Shown piece by piece: positions 51,290-59,822 of a stretch of 64,000 nt of DNA (positions are counted from its first letter, which is position 1; each line of letters opens with the position of its first letter). The translations under genes were made by a program, and so were the position numbers. The notes below the pieces were generated by a model. It saw only the letters and a program-made list of their open reading frames with translations. It was not told the origin of the DNA and searched no databases. The stretch spans positions 32,001 to 96,000 of the forward strand of contig JAHQJS010000004.1 of assembly GCA_019057385.1 (NCBI GenBank). Reading direction: 5' to 3'. The DNA comes from Candidatus Borrarchaeum weybense (GTDB lineage: Archaea > Asgardarchaeota > Sifarchaeia > Borrarchaeales > Borrarchaeaceae).

Positions 51290-51806
51290 TCATTCCATAA
51301 TAGTTTCAAGGATAACATGGGCAGAAGTCTTTTTAACTCCTGAAATTGCTGCAAGGTCTTTTAGAAAAGAGTCTAACTTAGCACGTCCAACCTGTGCAAT
51401 CAAATCTAGTTCTGATCCAGTCACCCGAAATAACCGTTGTGCTCTTAACGCCTTAATTTGGTCGTATGCTTCTTTTCGTCGTTCAGGATCGATCTGTATA
51501 AACACGAATGCTTCAGTTACAGATTCGCCAAGGGCTTCCATGGCTTTGTTTGTGAGGTCTATAAAGCCTCTACCAGTGCGGATAAAATCTATGTCTCTTA
51601 GCTTTCTTAGGTGGTTGGATAGGGCCTGACGGGTTATACTTAATTCATCACTCAGTTCATTTTGAGTTAAGACAATGGTGTGAACCTTTACGCTTTTTCA
51701 GGCACCTTAGAGCGGGAAGATCAACTCAAGTGGTGATTCCTGCAGCGTAAAGTTTTTTCAAGATCTGTAATTGTCTATCTGTAATTTTAACAACATTGCT
51801 GGCCAT
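51290..51806 (-). CDS. HTH/Lrp-AsnC-family transcription regulator, 158 aa, in two exons (51806-51737 and 51696-51290)
   Basis: GGAGG SD plus ATG at 51806. Spliced product MASNVVKITDRQLQILKKLYAAG|KSVKVHTIVLTQNELSDELSITRQALSNHLRKLRDIDFIRTGRGFIDLT..., then an AsnC/RAM domain (AFVFI, RVTG..DLI). Confidence 0.85.
51697..51736 (-). other. 40-nt bulge-helix-bulge mRNA intron
   Basis: Exon stem CUUUACGCU/AGCGUAAAG, central helix CAGG/CCUG, bulges AAU and AAA, intron stem CACC/GGUG; excision restores the frame. Confidence 0.85.
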
Positions 51807-52101
51807 GTTATATCCTCCGTTATTCTTGTTTACATGGCATTAAAATGGAATTTACATATTTACACATTTAATTATTTATTTGTAAAAAAAAGCTTACATA
51901 TTAAAAAAGTTGTGCAAGTTTTCAAATCAAAAACTGATTCTGATGTCAATATTATGATTATTTATAAAACCGTGAAATTATTTACGAAATTCCAAGTTTT
52001 ATGATAATCATATATCAATTATAATAAGCATGTAAAAAAAGAAAAAAAGAGAGGTTTGATGTCAATACCAAAGATGCAATGGACACTTTTTTTGAGATTT
52101 G

Positions 52102-52400
52102 GTGACCTACCTCGTGCGAAAGCCTCGAGGCTTCCTGCTTCAACGACAGACTCGATCCCCTTGCGGGTTACGGAGGTCTTATCTCCACAGGCTTAACATC
52201 CCTACGCCCCGTAGGTACTGCTAACGGTCGTGATGCAATCGGAGTATGCACCTTATCTTCAAGTGTGCGCATGATCCCTCCAATTGTTATTGATACCTTT
52301 CTCATACTACAGACCCCTCGATGCACGTGATGAAAGTTAACGCAAATTACCGCAACTCATCACCACGCTGAAGCTGTGGTGATTTCTTGCTTAACTACTC
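52102..52400 (-). mobile_element. Non-autonomous IS200/IS605 derivative (about 299 bp)
   Basis: Right end GAAGCAGGAAGCCTCGAGGCTTTCGCACGAGGTAGGTCAC. Left-end hairpin ATCACCACAGCTTCAGCGTGGTGAT, preceded by TTTAC. Confidence 0.75.
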
Positions 52401-52639
52401 GTAAATAATGCGTTTTTTCGTCTTCCTAAACCGCGGTGTATCCTAACGAAATGATAAAAAGGGCGTCATATTCAAAAAGGTAGTAGGATTACGGAAGTGT
52501 TAAAATAACTCCTTCTGGAAAGCTATAGAACTGCGCAACGAGATTCGCATGAGAACCCCCCTTAACAAAAGATTGATAAATAGATTGAACTATACGGGGA
52601 GCAAAGCAAATACAACGAACATGAAATCGAGGTTCGTCA

Positions 52640-52921
52640 ATGCCAGAAAGTAACATCATATACGTCGGTTCCAAACCAGTCATGAACTATGTACTCGCAG
52701 CTATCACTATATTTCACGGCAATATTAAGGAAGTCTTGATTAAAGCAAGAGGACGTGCAATCAGCCGCTCCGTAGATGTTGCAGAGATAATAAAAAACAA
52801 ATTCTTAACGGATATTAAGGTGAAAAGTATAACAACAGGAACAGAAATGTTAAGAACAGAAGATGGGAATGAATTTAATACCTCAACGATCGAGATTATC
52901 TTGGAAAGAGGAGGCGACTAA
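52640..52921 (+). CDS. albA: DNA/RNA-binding protein Alba
   Basis: [29 protein letters not shown]. Confidence 0.97.
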   Translation: MPESNIIYVGSKPVMNYVLAAITIFHGNIKEVLIKARGRAISRSVDVAEIIKNKFLTDIKVKSITTGTEMLRTEDGNEFNTSTIEIILERGGD

Positions 52922-52982
52922 TGGATATCTTCGAAATATCCACAAAGAGATATGGACGATTCAGTAGCGGGAGAGAGTTAAC

Positions 52983-53486
52983 ATGAAAGGACCCTTTTGC
53001 AATTTCTGTTTACAGACAGGTATTCTCTGTGGTAAGTGCCAATCTCTTATTGATTCAGGAGAACTTACTAACGTTGATATCAGTGTCGCAATGGCGCTTA
53101 ATAAACTGGAGCAAAGACATAATGAACTAAAAGATATTACATTCTTTCGTGCAGTCGAGGTTGGTTCATTAATCATTGTATTAGTTGGAGAAAATGATTT
53201 GTCAGCAATTCTTGGACATCGTGGGAAAGTCATTAAAGAACTTGAACAAAATCTTAAGAAAAAGATTCGTGTTCTCGAAACTTCATCCTCTACAGGAAAG
53301 TTGGTTGAAGATTTGCTAGCTCCCGCTGAAATAGCAGGTATTAATACTATCTGGCTTCCAGACGGCACAAAAGTAAAAAAAGTTAGAGTGCGTGGACAAC
53401 GTGGAAAACTGCCTGCATCTGTGGATACCCTTGAAGATGTGGTCCAAAAACTAACGAATGAACCTATTCGCATTGTCTTTGAGTGA
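52983..53486 (+). CDS. Archaeal NusA-like KH-domain protein with N-terminal Cys cluster
   Basis: CNFC..GILCGKC, LGHRGKV KH motif, GINTIWLPDG. Confidence 0.8.
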   Translation: MKGPFCNFCLQTGILCGKCQSLIDSGELTNVDISVAMALNKLEQRHNELKDITFFRAVEVGSLIIVLVGENDLSAILGHRGKVIKELEQNLKKKIRVLETSSSTGKLVEDLLAPAEIAGINTIWLPDGTKVKKVRVRGQRGKLPASVDTLEDVVQKLTNEPIRIVFE

Positions 53487-53812
53487 ACTACCACCTAACA
53501 AGTTAGGTAGCTTCTGCCCTCATAGACTGTTCTGCTTTGCCAACACGGTTGGTAACATTCAGCCTACTCATCGACAGTTCTGGGCTGGTCTACAACAGCC
53601 CCCGTCCCTCAAGGGACACTTGAGGAAACGACAATACCTTCATTGGTACTGTGTCTTGTTTACGCGGTCACGCCAAGCCAGACACCTCAGTGTACTGCAT
53701 ACCAATATTGCATCTACTGCTTTTTAGTTTTTAGGGAGACCTGCGTAAAAGTGAAAACACTATAAATAATTAACTCCCTCATCAAGTTGAGGGATCTTCT
53801 TGCGAGGTTGCA
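53483..53812 (-). mobile_element. Non-autonomous IS200/IS605 derivative (330 bp)
   Basis: Right end GCTACCTAACTTGTTAGGTGGTAGTTCAC and left end TTTAT|N8-CGCAAGAAGATCCCTCAACTTGATGAGGGA, both similar to the ends of the tnpB element. Confidence 0.85.
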
Positions 53813-53987
53813 ATAAACGTTACTTTTCTGTTTCATCAAAAGGATTATAAGAAAATTCTATTTTCCATTTTTGTGACTAAGATTTCTTAGAATTTTGAAA
53901 AAATAGATTAGTTGTGCATTTTATTAATGCTGATTTAAATTGGCTAAGAGTTAGTTGGTATCATAAATAGCGATGTGAGGGACTTTC

Positions 53988-55310
53988 ATGGAGATAGACA
54001 AGCTTGAGAATTGGCGACGAACCCATTATAGTGATCAAATCGATCTTGAAACACTTGAAGGAAAAGAAATTATAGTATGCGGGTGGATAAAACAAACTCG
54101 TGATCTTGGAGGCTTAAAATTCGCTATTTTACGTGATAATTTTGGAGAAGTGCAAATCACATTTCCTAAAGCCAAACTTGATGAAAAATTGTTTGATAAG
54201 GCAAATTCTCTTAGAAATGAAATGCCGGTAGCTATTAAAGGTATCGTCAAAATTGATAAACGATCTCCAACTGGTTTCGAACTGATTCCAACTGACCTTA
54301 AACTATTAAATAATGTAACTGCAAATTTACCTTTAGATCCTACCTATAAAGTGAAAGCAGATCTTGATACACGTTTAGATAATCGTATTTTAGACTTACG
54401 TTCTACTCAAGCGCATGCTACCTTTATTATCCGCCATAAAGTTACGACAGCTATACGCCAATTTTTTGTAAACCGACGCTTTATCGAAATCAACACACCT
54501 CGAATAATTGCTACTGCGACTGAAGGCGGAACAGAGCTTTTTCCAATAGCTTATTTCGAGAAAGAGGCGTTTTTAGCCCAGAGCCCCCAGCTGTATAAAG
54601 AACAACTTACTACCGTATTTGATAAGGTTTACGAAATTGCGCCCATATTTAGGGCTGAAGAACACTCAACTACTCGTCATCTCAACGAACTAATGATGGT
54701 CGATATTGAGATGGCGTTCTGCAATTATAATGATGTAATGAATGTACTTGAGAACCTAATTCACTATGTCATTTCTGATGTAAAAAATAACTGTGATAAG
54801 GAATTAAACATCCTGAAAAGTGATTTACAAATTCCAAAACTGCCATTCAAAAGGTATACGTACACGGAAACCTTAGAATTATTGGCAAAAAATGGCTATG
54901 AACTCTCCTGGGGAGATGATATTGGAACTGACGCCAGTCGAAAACTAGGATCAATTATAAGTGGTCCCTATTTTATTACGGAATGGCCTTCTGAAGGAAA
55001 ACCCTTTTACATACAGTCAAGGGCCGATAAACCCGAAATCAGCGAATCTTTTGATCTTATGTATGGTTGGATTGAGTTAGCCTCAGGAGGAACACGTGTT
55101 CACGAAAAAGAAATCTTGATTCAAAGGCTAATTAATCAAGGACTAACTCCAAGTTCATTTGATTTCCATCTCAAGGTTTTCGATTGGGGAATGCCTCCTC
55201 ATGCTGGATGGGGACTTGGTTTAGCTCGTCTCGTCATGGTTTTAACAGGAAAACAAAATATCCGTGAAGTAGTGGTCTTTCCGCGCGATAGAACAAGACT
55301 AACTCCCTAA
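53988..55310 (+). CDS. aspS: Aspartyl-tRNA synthetase, archaeal type
   Basis: RDLGG, TRLDNR.LDLR, LAQSPQLYK, FRAE, GMPPHAG, FPRD. Confidence 0.97.
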   Translation: MEIDKLENWRRTHYSDQIDLETLEGKEIIVCGWIKQTRDLGGLKFAILRDNFGEVQITFPKAKLDEKLFDKANSLRNEMPVAIKGIVKIDKRSPTGFELIPTDLKLLNNVTANLPLDPTYKVKADLDTRLDNRILDLRSTQAHATFIIRHKVTTAIRQFFVNRRFIEINTPRIIATATEGGTELFPIAYFEKEAFLAQSPQLYKEQLTTVFDKVYEIAPIFRAEEHSTTRHLNELMMVDIEMAFCNYNDVMNVLENLIHYVISDVKNNCDKELNILKSDLQIPKLPFKRYTYTETLELLAKNGYELSWGDDIGTDASRKLGSIISGPYFITEWPSEGKPFYIQSRADKPEISESFDLMYGWIELASGGTRVHEKEILIQRLINQGLTPSSFDFHLKVFDWGMPPHAGWGLGLARLVMVLTGKQNIREVVVFPRDRTRLTP

Positions 55311-56656
55311 TTTTCGTAAATGGGAGTCACCAAATCTGTTTTCATCAACTCACGTAGAAGTACAGTAGCATATGATCCTTTTCCTAATGAAAAAGTTATT
55401 TTTACCATATTTCTATCGTCATTTAAATGATCTTTATTGATTTCTAACACTTGAAAGTCTTTTATTGGCATAACGACGGGGCGATATCCTCCTTTTGAAC
55501 TTGCTTCTGGGTAAGATTTTATGCGAAACATTGATGGTTGAATTTCTTCCTCTTCAAGAATTTCGTTAAATAAATCACCAACAATTCCTGCAGGAAATAA
55601 AGAAAGTTCATAGCCTATTAATGGGGCAACAAAAGTGGTGTTCATGTTATCTTGATTTTCTTTGAAAAGGTCTACGCTCCCATTTAAAGTTTGAACTATA
55701 TCCCCAGTTATAGGTTTTAAGGAAAGCCCTTTTTCTATACGTAGACTAAGAAATTTGTTAAAAATGTAAGATTGAAAAGCATGAATAAACATTAGACGGA
55801 GTCCCTTTGATATCTTTCTAAAAGCATTGATAAAATCATTGGGGTGCCTCACTAAATGATTCATCATTGCTAACTCTGGCTTATACCCTTTTGGAAAATT
55901 CTTTAGAGCGTTTCTGTAGTTTTTTGTTTCATTAAGTTCCATTCTAGCAAGGATAGCTTCCTTTGATTCTAAAGGAGACGTTGTTGTTAGATAAATCTCC
56001 GCTGCTTTTTTGAAATTTCCTTGAATGAATGCTTTACCTACAAGATGTGTAATTGGGCGGAGAGTTCCAAAACGTTGATGTCCAAAAAAATTAGGTAACC
56101 CACCCATCATTTTAACAACTTCTTGAAATTGCGCAATGGATTGCTCAATTTTCATTTTTGACTCTCTTATATCTCGTATGATGATTGTGAAGTTATTTCC
56201 CCATAAATCACCGAGTTTAACAGGTTTGTTGGCATAGACTGGATTCAAGATTTTCACGTCCTTGATGCGAAGCTTCAGCAATTGTTCTGGAGGAATTTTC
56301 CATGCACTCATTCGTTGAATTGTCACAGCCCGTCTATCCTTGGTTCCTGCTAAAGAAAATCGTTTCCTGCTGGTTTTGAGACGCCGAGAAAGAATTCGAA
56401 TTAGGCGATGATTATCCCAATCATATTTTTGAAGGGAAAATATAGTATAATCACCATTTTGATCATCGTTCTCTATCCCTTGTTGAGCATCGATCGGAAG
56501 TAAAATACCCTCAGGTGTAATTTCTCGTACGACAAAATCTTCCACTAATTGTTTAATTCTTCCTCCAATTCCAGGTTGAGGTGTCACATAGTACTTCAAT
56601 CCAGTGGCTCTTTCAGAATTGAATTCTACCAGTTCGGCCAATTTCTTTCCCTTCAA
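55307..56656 (-). CDS. truD: tRNA pseudouridine(13) synthase
   Basis: EDFVVRE, AGTKDRRAVT, GNNF, PNFFGHQRFG, GSYAT. Confidence 0.96.
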   Translation of the reverse strand: MKGKKLAELVEFNSERATGLKYYVTPQPGIGGRIKQLVEDFVVREITPEGILLPIDAQQGIENDDQNGDYTIFSLQKYDWDNHRLIRILSRRLKTSRKRFSLAGTKDRRAVTIQRMSAWKIPPEQLLKLRIKDVKILNPVYANKPVKLGDLWGNNFTIIIRDIRESKMKIEQSIAQFQEVVKMMGGLPNFFGHQRFGTLRPITHLVGKAFIQGNFKKAAEIYLTTTSPLESKEAILARMELNETKNYRNALKNFPKGYKPELAMMNHLVRHPNDFINAFRKISKGLRLMFIHAFQSYIFNKFLSLRIEKGLSLKPITGDIVQTLNGSVDLFKENQDNMNTTFVAPLIGYELSLFPAGIVGDLFNEILEEEEIQPSMFRIKSYPEASSKGGYRPVVMPIKDFQVLEINKDHLNDDRNMVKITFSLGKGSYATVLLRELMKTDLVTPIYEN

Positions 56657-56747
56657 AAAAATAGGTGTTTCTTTCCCTCAAACTGATTTTCTGTAACTCA
56701 TTCACTAAAAGAATAGTTTAAATCGGTTAGATTAGTATCGTCTTATT

Positions 56748-57125
56748 CTAAATAAGCTGAAGTTGACCTGTTATTTTGTCAATAATTTCTGATTTGTCAG
56801 GGCCAATACCTAACGCAGTAGTAGTCCCTGGCGGTAACTCTGTGAGCCCAGCATCTTTAATGAGTGCACAAGAAACCTTAAGTTGAAGTGTGTTATTGTA
56901 AAGTTCTAAGAGTTCTTCAAGTGATTCAACGCGAAGTGCTACTTTTTTCGAGCTACCATTTTTCCATTTCTTCCATATTTCTCTATTTTCTCTTTTTGCA
57001 ACTTCAGAGGACTCTACAGCTGCATGACACGCTTGAACAATCATTTTTCCTTTACTCATTTTGAGATCAGTCCTTATAACCATGACCATTTTGTATTCGT
57101 ATGCTTTTGAAGTCGCTGATGTCAT
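56748..57125 (-). CDS. pth2: Peptidyl-tRNA hydrolase Pth2
   Basis: R.DLKMSKGK..QACHA, DAGLTE, GIGP. Confidence 0.96.
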   Translation of the reverse strand: MTSATSKAYEYKMVMVIRTDLKMSKGKMIVQACHAAVESSEVAKRENREIWKKWKNGSSKKVALRVESLEELLELYNNTLQLKVSCALIKDAGLTELPPGTTTALGIGPDKSEIIDKITGQLQLI

Positions 57126-57449
57126 TTCATTCCACTTCTCAATTTTGTTAATATGAATTCTTCTTATACTATGAGAGTTTTTCCTGAAAAGCGCATCGAT
57201 TTTAGGATTCTTAATCTGTCAAGTACCTTTACTTCTAAGTAGCTTAAAGTCGAATATTTTAGTTATAGGTTTTATTCAGGAAATTTGTTAGTACGAAAAG
57301 AATTTAAAAGAAAGGACTTGTAGGATTTCCTATTACAATTACCTTTACTTATCTTATGCATTATCTAATTGAGGTATATCTTTTACATGCTTAAAATCTT
57401 GAGATATACATGGAAATAGCATATCCTCAAATTTTATGCGTTTTAGGAG

Positions 57450-57638
57450 GTGATGGCTATCAGCCAAATCGAAATGCCGAAGTGTTCATGCTGTGGGCAT
57501 CTTATATCGCCCGAAGATATTGGTAGCGTACGTTTCTCATGCCCAAATTGTGGGGACATAACAATTTTCAGATGCATGCGTTGCCGTAGTTTTGGTAGAA
57601 ACTATCGATGTCCTAAATGCGGCTTTGAAGGACCATAA
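57450..57638 (+). CDS. Zn-ribbon protein, DUF1610/HVO_2753-like
   Basis: Four CxxC pairs ending CPKCGFEGP; conserved position upstream of EF-1beta. Confidence 0.92.
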   Translation: MMAISQIEMPKCSCCGHLISPEDIGSVRFSCPNCGDITIFRCMRCRSFGRNYRCPKCGFEGP

Positions 57639-57707
57639 AGTACTATAAGTGAACGTAATGAAGGACCATAAGCAATTTCAAGCAGCTGTCCTGTTTGATG
57701 TAAACTA

Positions 57708-57989
57708 ATGGAGGTAAATTTCATGGGTAAAGTTCTAGCATTGCTGAAAGTAATGCCTGCGAGTGTGGATATAAATTTAGAAAATCTTAAAAATGAATTA
57801 GGAAATGTAATGCCCCCTGAAGCAACCCTTCGTGGAGTTAAGGAGGAACCAATAGCTTTCGGCCTTGTTGCACTAAAAGTATCTATCGTGATGGACGATG
57901 TTGCTGGGGGCACCGATGCAATTGAGAACGCCTTTTTAGCCTTAGAAGATGTTTCAGAGGTACAAGTGGAAGCGGTTTCTTTATTATAA
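57708..57989 (+). CDS. ef1b: Elongation factor 1-beta; likely start 57723
   Basis: KVMP, EEPIAFGL.AL, DDVAGGTD. Confidence 0.95.
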   Translation: MEVNFMGKVLALLKVMPASVDINLENLKNELGNVMPPEATLRGVKEEPIAFGLVALKVSIVMDDVAGGTDAIENAFLALEDVSEVQVEAVSLL

Positions 57990-58120
57990 GCAAGAATATC
58001 CACTTCTCCTTTCCTATATTTTTGATTTTTATTGTAATGACTTACTATAAATGAGGCAAAACTGTTTTATATTGTCATCTACTTTCCCAAGAATATAAAA
58101 CTTATGTTGAGGCAAAGTAC

Positions 58121-58828
58121 ATGAAGGCAGTGGTTTTAGCTGGAGGGTTAGGGACACGACTACGTCCGTTAACTTACGTCATGCCAAAAGCTATGCTTCC
58201 AGTTGGTGATAAACCAATTATTGAACATATAATCGTCTATCTCGCCTCTTTCCAAATGATCGACGAGATCATTATAGCAACGGCATATCTAGGACGATAC
58301 ATCGAGGATTATCTGAATGAAGGTGAAGATTGGGATATTTCAATTAAGTATGCGCGAGGTAAACGTCCGCTTGGAACTGCGGGACAACTTAAAACGGCTG
58401 AATCTTTTATTGATGACACCTTTGTGCTGATTAATGGAGATATTTTAATCGAAGTCGTCATTTCAGACATGATTAAGTTTCATAAGAGCAAGGGAGGAAC
58501 AGGTACGATTGCATTGAAGCCCTATTTCCTCCCCGTTAAATATGGTGTGATTGATACTGATGCTGACAATTTAATATTAAACTGGCGAGAGAAACCAAAT
58601 ATCCCGCTTACAATGAACATTGGACTTTATGTGCTCGAACCAAAAATCTTTGACTATATTCCACCTGACAGGGCTATGAGTCTTGAGAGAGAAGTTTTTC
58701 CAAAGATCATTGCCTCAGGAGAAAAACTCTATGGCTTTAAGACAGAAACCAATTACCTCGATATTGGAGACTTAGAGAGCTTAGATAAAGCACATCAGGA
58801 ATTTCTATCCAAATTCACACTATTGTGA
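58121..58828 (+). CDS. Sugar-phosphate nucleotidyltransferase (mannose-1-phosphate guanylyltransferase-like)
   Basis: LAGGLGTRLRPLT..PK, PLGTAG, NGD, DIG. Confidence 0.9.
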   Translation: MKAVVLAGGLGTRLRPLTYVMPKAMLPVGDKPIIEHIIVYLASFQMIDEIIIATAYLGRYIEDYLNEGEDWDISIKYARGKRPLGTAGQLKTAESFIDDTFVLINGDILIEVVISDMIKFHKSKGGTGTIALKPYFLPVKYGVIDTDADNLILNWREKPNIPLTMNIGLYVLEPKIFDYIPPDRAMSLEREVFPKIIASGEKLYGFKTETNYLDIGDLESLDKAHQEFLSKFTLL

Positions 58829-59058
58829 TAGATTTTCAATTGTCTCTCGAAATGAGATTTTTCGCTGATTTGATTGGAAATATATGTCTTTTTCAAATTA
58901 TCGTTCAATTTTAGTCTAGCAGTTACGTGTATATTCCAGACTTTAAAACTTTATAATGTAGAAAAAACATATGTCAGGTAGTTCAAAAAATAGTTCTGCA
59001 CAATCCTTTAGTACTAAGTTCTTCTTATAGTATATTTTATGTTGTACAATGCACAAAA

Positions 59059-59631
59059 TTGTGCTCTCTTTGGGTGAACAGATTGAAATTATTTGAACTT
59101 GCAAAGCATGCAATTGAAATTATAAAGTCCGCAGGAGAAGAAGGCATCATCAATCTTGCATTAGCTAAAGAATTAGACATGGCTAGACGTCGAATTTATG
59201 ATATTATCGCGATCTTGAAAGCCGCAAAATTAGTTAAAACAACACGTGAGAAAAAAGGCACCATGGTTACTTGGATTGGTTCTTCTTCAGATTTACCTAA
59301 AATTGCACCATTATCTCAGACATCTTTTATTTCTGAAGAACCAAATGAATTGATTAATGATCCTTATTCCTTCAAACAAACTTCAGAGTTTCATAATGCG
59401 AATGCAGTTCTATCAAAATCCTTAAATTATCCCTTAAATAGAGTCATGATCGATTCTCCTTGCCTTAAAATACGTACGACTTCAAAGATCACACGAATTA
59501 AGCCAATAGGCATTATGGAATTACTTGTTGAATGCGAAGAAGATGATAGTCCAGGATTTATTATCGAAGCGCCCCAAGATGAGAATCGCAAAGTAAAAGA
59601 AGCAGAACGTGCACTTGTAGATGTGCGCTAG
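59059..59631 (+). CDS. E2F/DP-like winged-helix DNA-binding protein
   Basis: LAKELDMARRRIYDIIAILKAAKLV...VTWIG matches the RRxYD...W.G signature of E2F/DP. Confidence 0.75.
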   Translation: MCSLWVNRLKLFELAKHAIEIIKSAGEEGIINLALAKELDMARRRIYDIIAILKAAKLVKTTREKKGTMVTWIGSSSDLPKIAPLSQTSFISEEPNELINDPYSFKQTSEFHNANAVLSKSLNYPLNRVMIDSPCLKIRTTSKITRIKPIGIMELLVECEEDDSPGFIIEAPQDENRKVKEAERALVDVR

Positions 59632-59698
59632 TTAGCAATTCAAAACTGAAAATAAATCTTTTTGATTGTCTGTATTAAAGACTTGGTTTTTTGTTTAT

Positions 59699-59745
59699 CA
59701 CTCCTCCGCAAGAACCCCCCTCAAATTTGTAGGGTGGTAGTTCAC
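59699..59745 (+). mobile_element. 47-bp minimal IS200/IS605 derivative (fused left and right ends)
   Basis: TTTAT|N8-CGCAAGAACCCCCCTC joined to TTGTAGGGTGGTAGTTCAC, which is identical to the right end of the tnpB element. Confidence 0.8.
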
Positions 59746-59822
59746 TCAATACAAAAGTATAATGAAATCGTGATTTAGTTTTCTAAACGTAGAACGTAAG
59801 AAAGCTAATTTCAAAAATTCCA

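Noticed and set aside
51697-51736. Selenocysteine/UGA read-through, or a simple sequencing frameshift, as the explanation of the broken regulator gene
   Set aside because: Read-through of the UGA stays out of frame with the HTH. A single indel would not account for the BHB structure whose canonical cuts restore the frame exactly.
51771-52004. 77-aa ORF
   Set aside because: It overlaps exon 1 and the AT-rich promoter region of the regulator on the opposite strand.
52400-52640. Possible structured RNA upstream of alba
   Set aside because: Only weak complementarity and no recognisable family.
53458-53727. 89-aa ORF
   Set aside because: It lies within the non-coding IS derivative and has no protein features.
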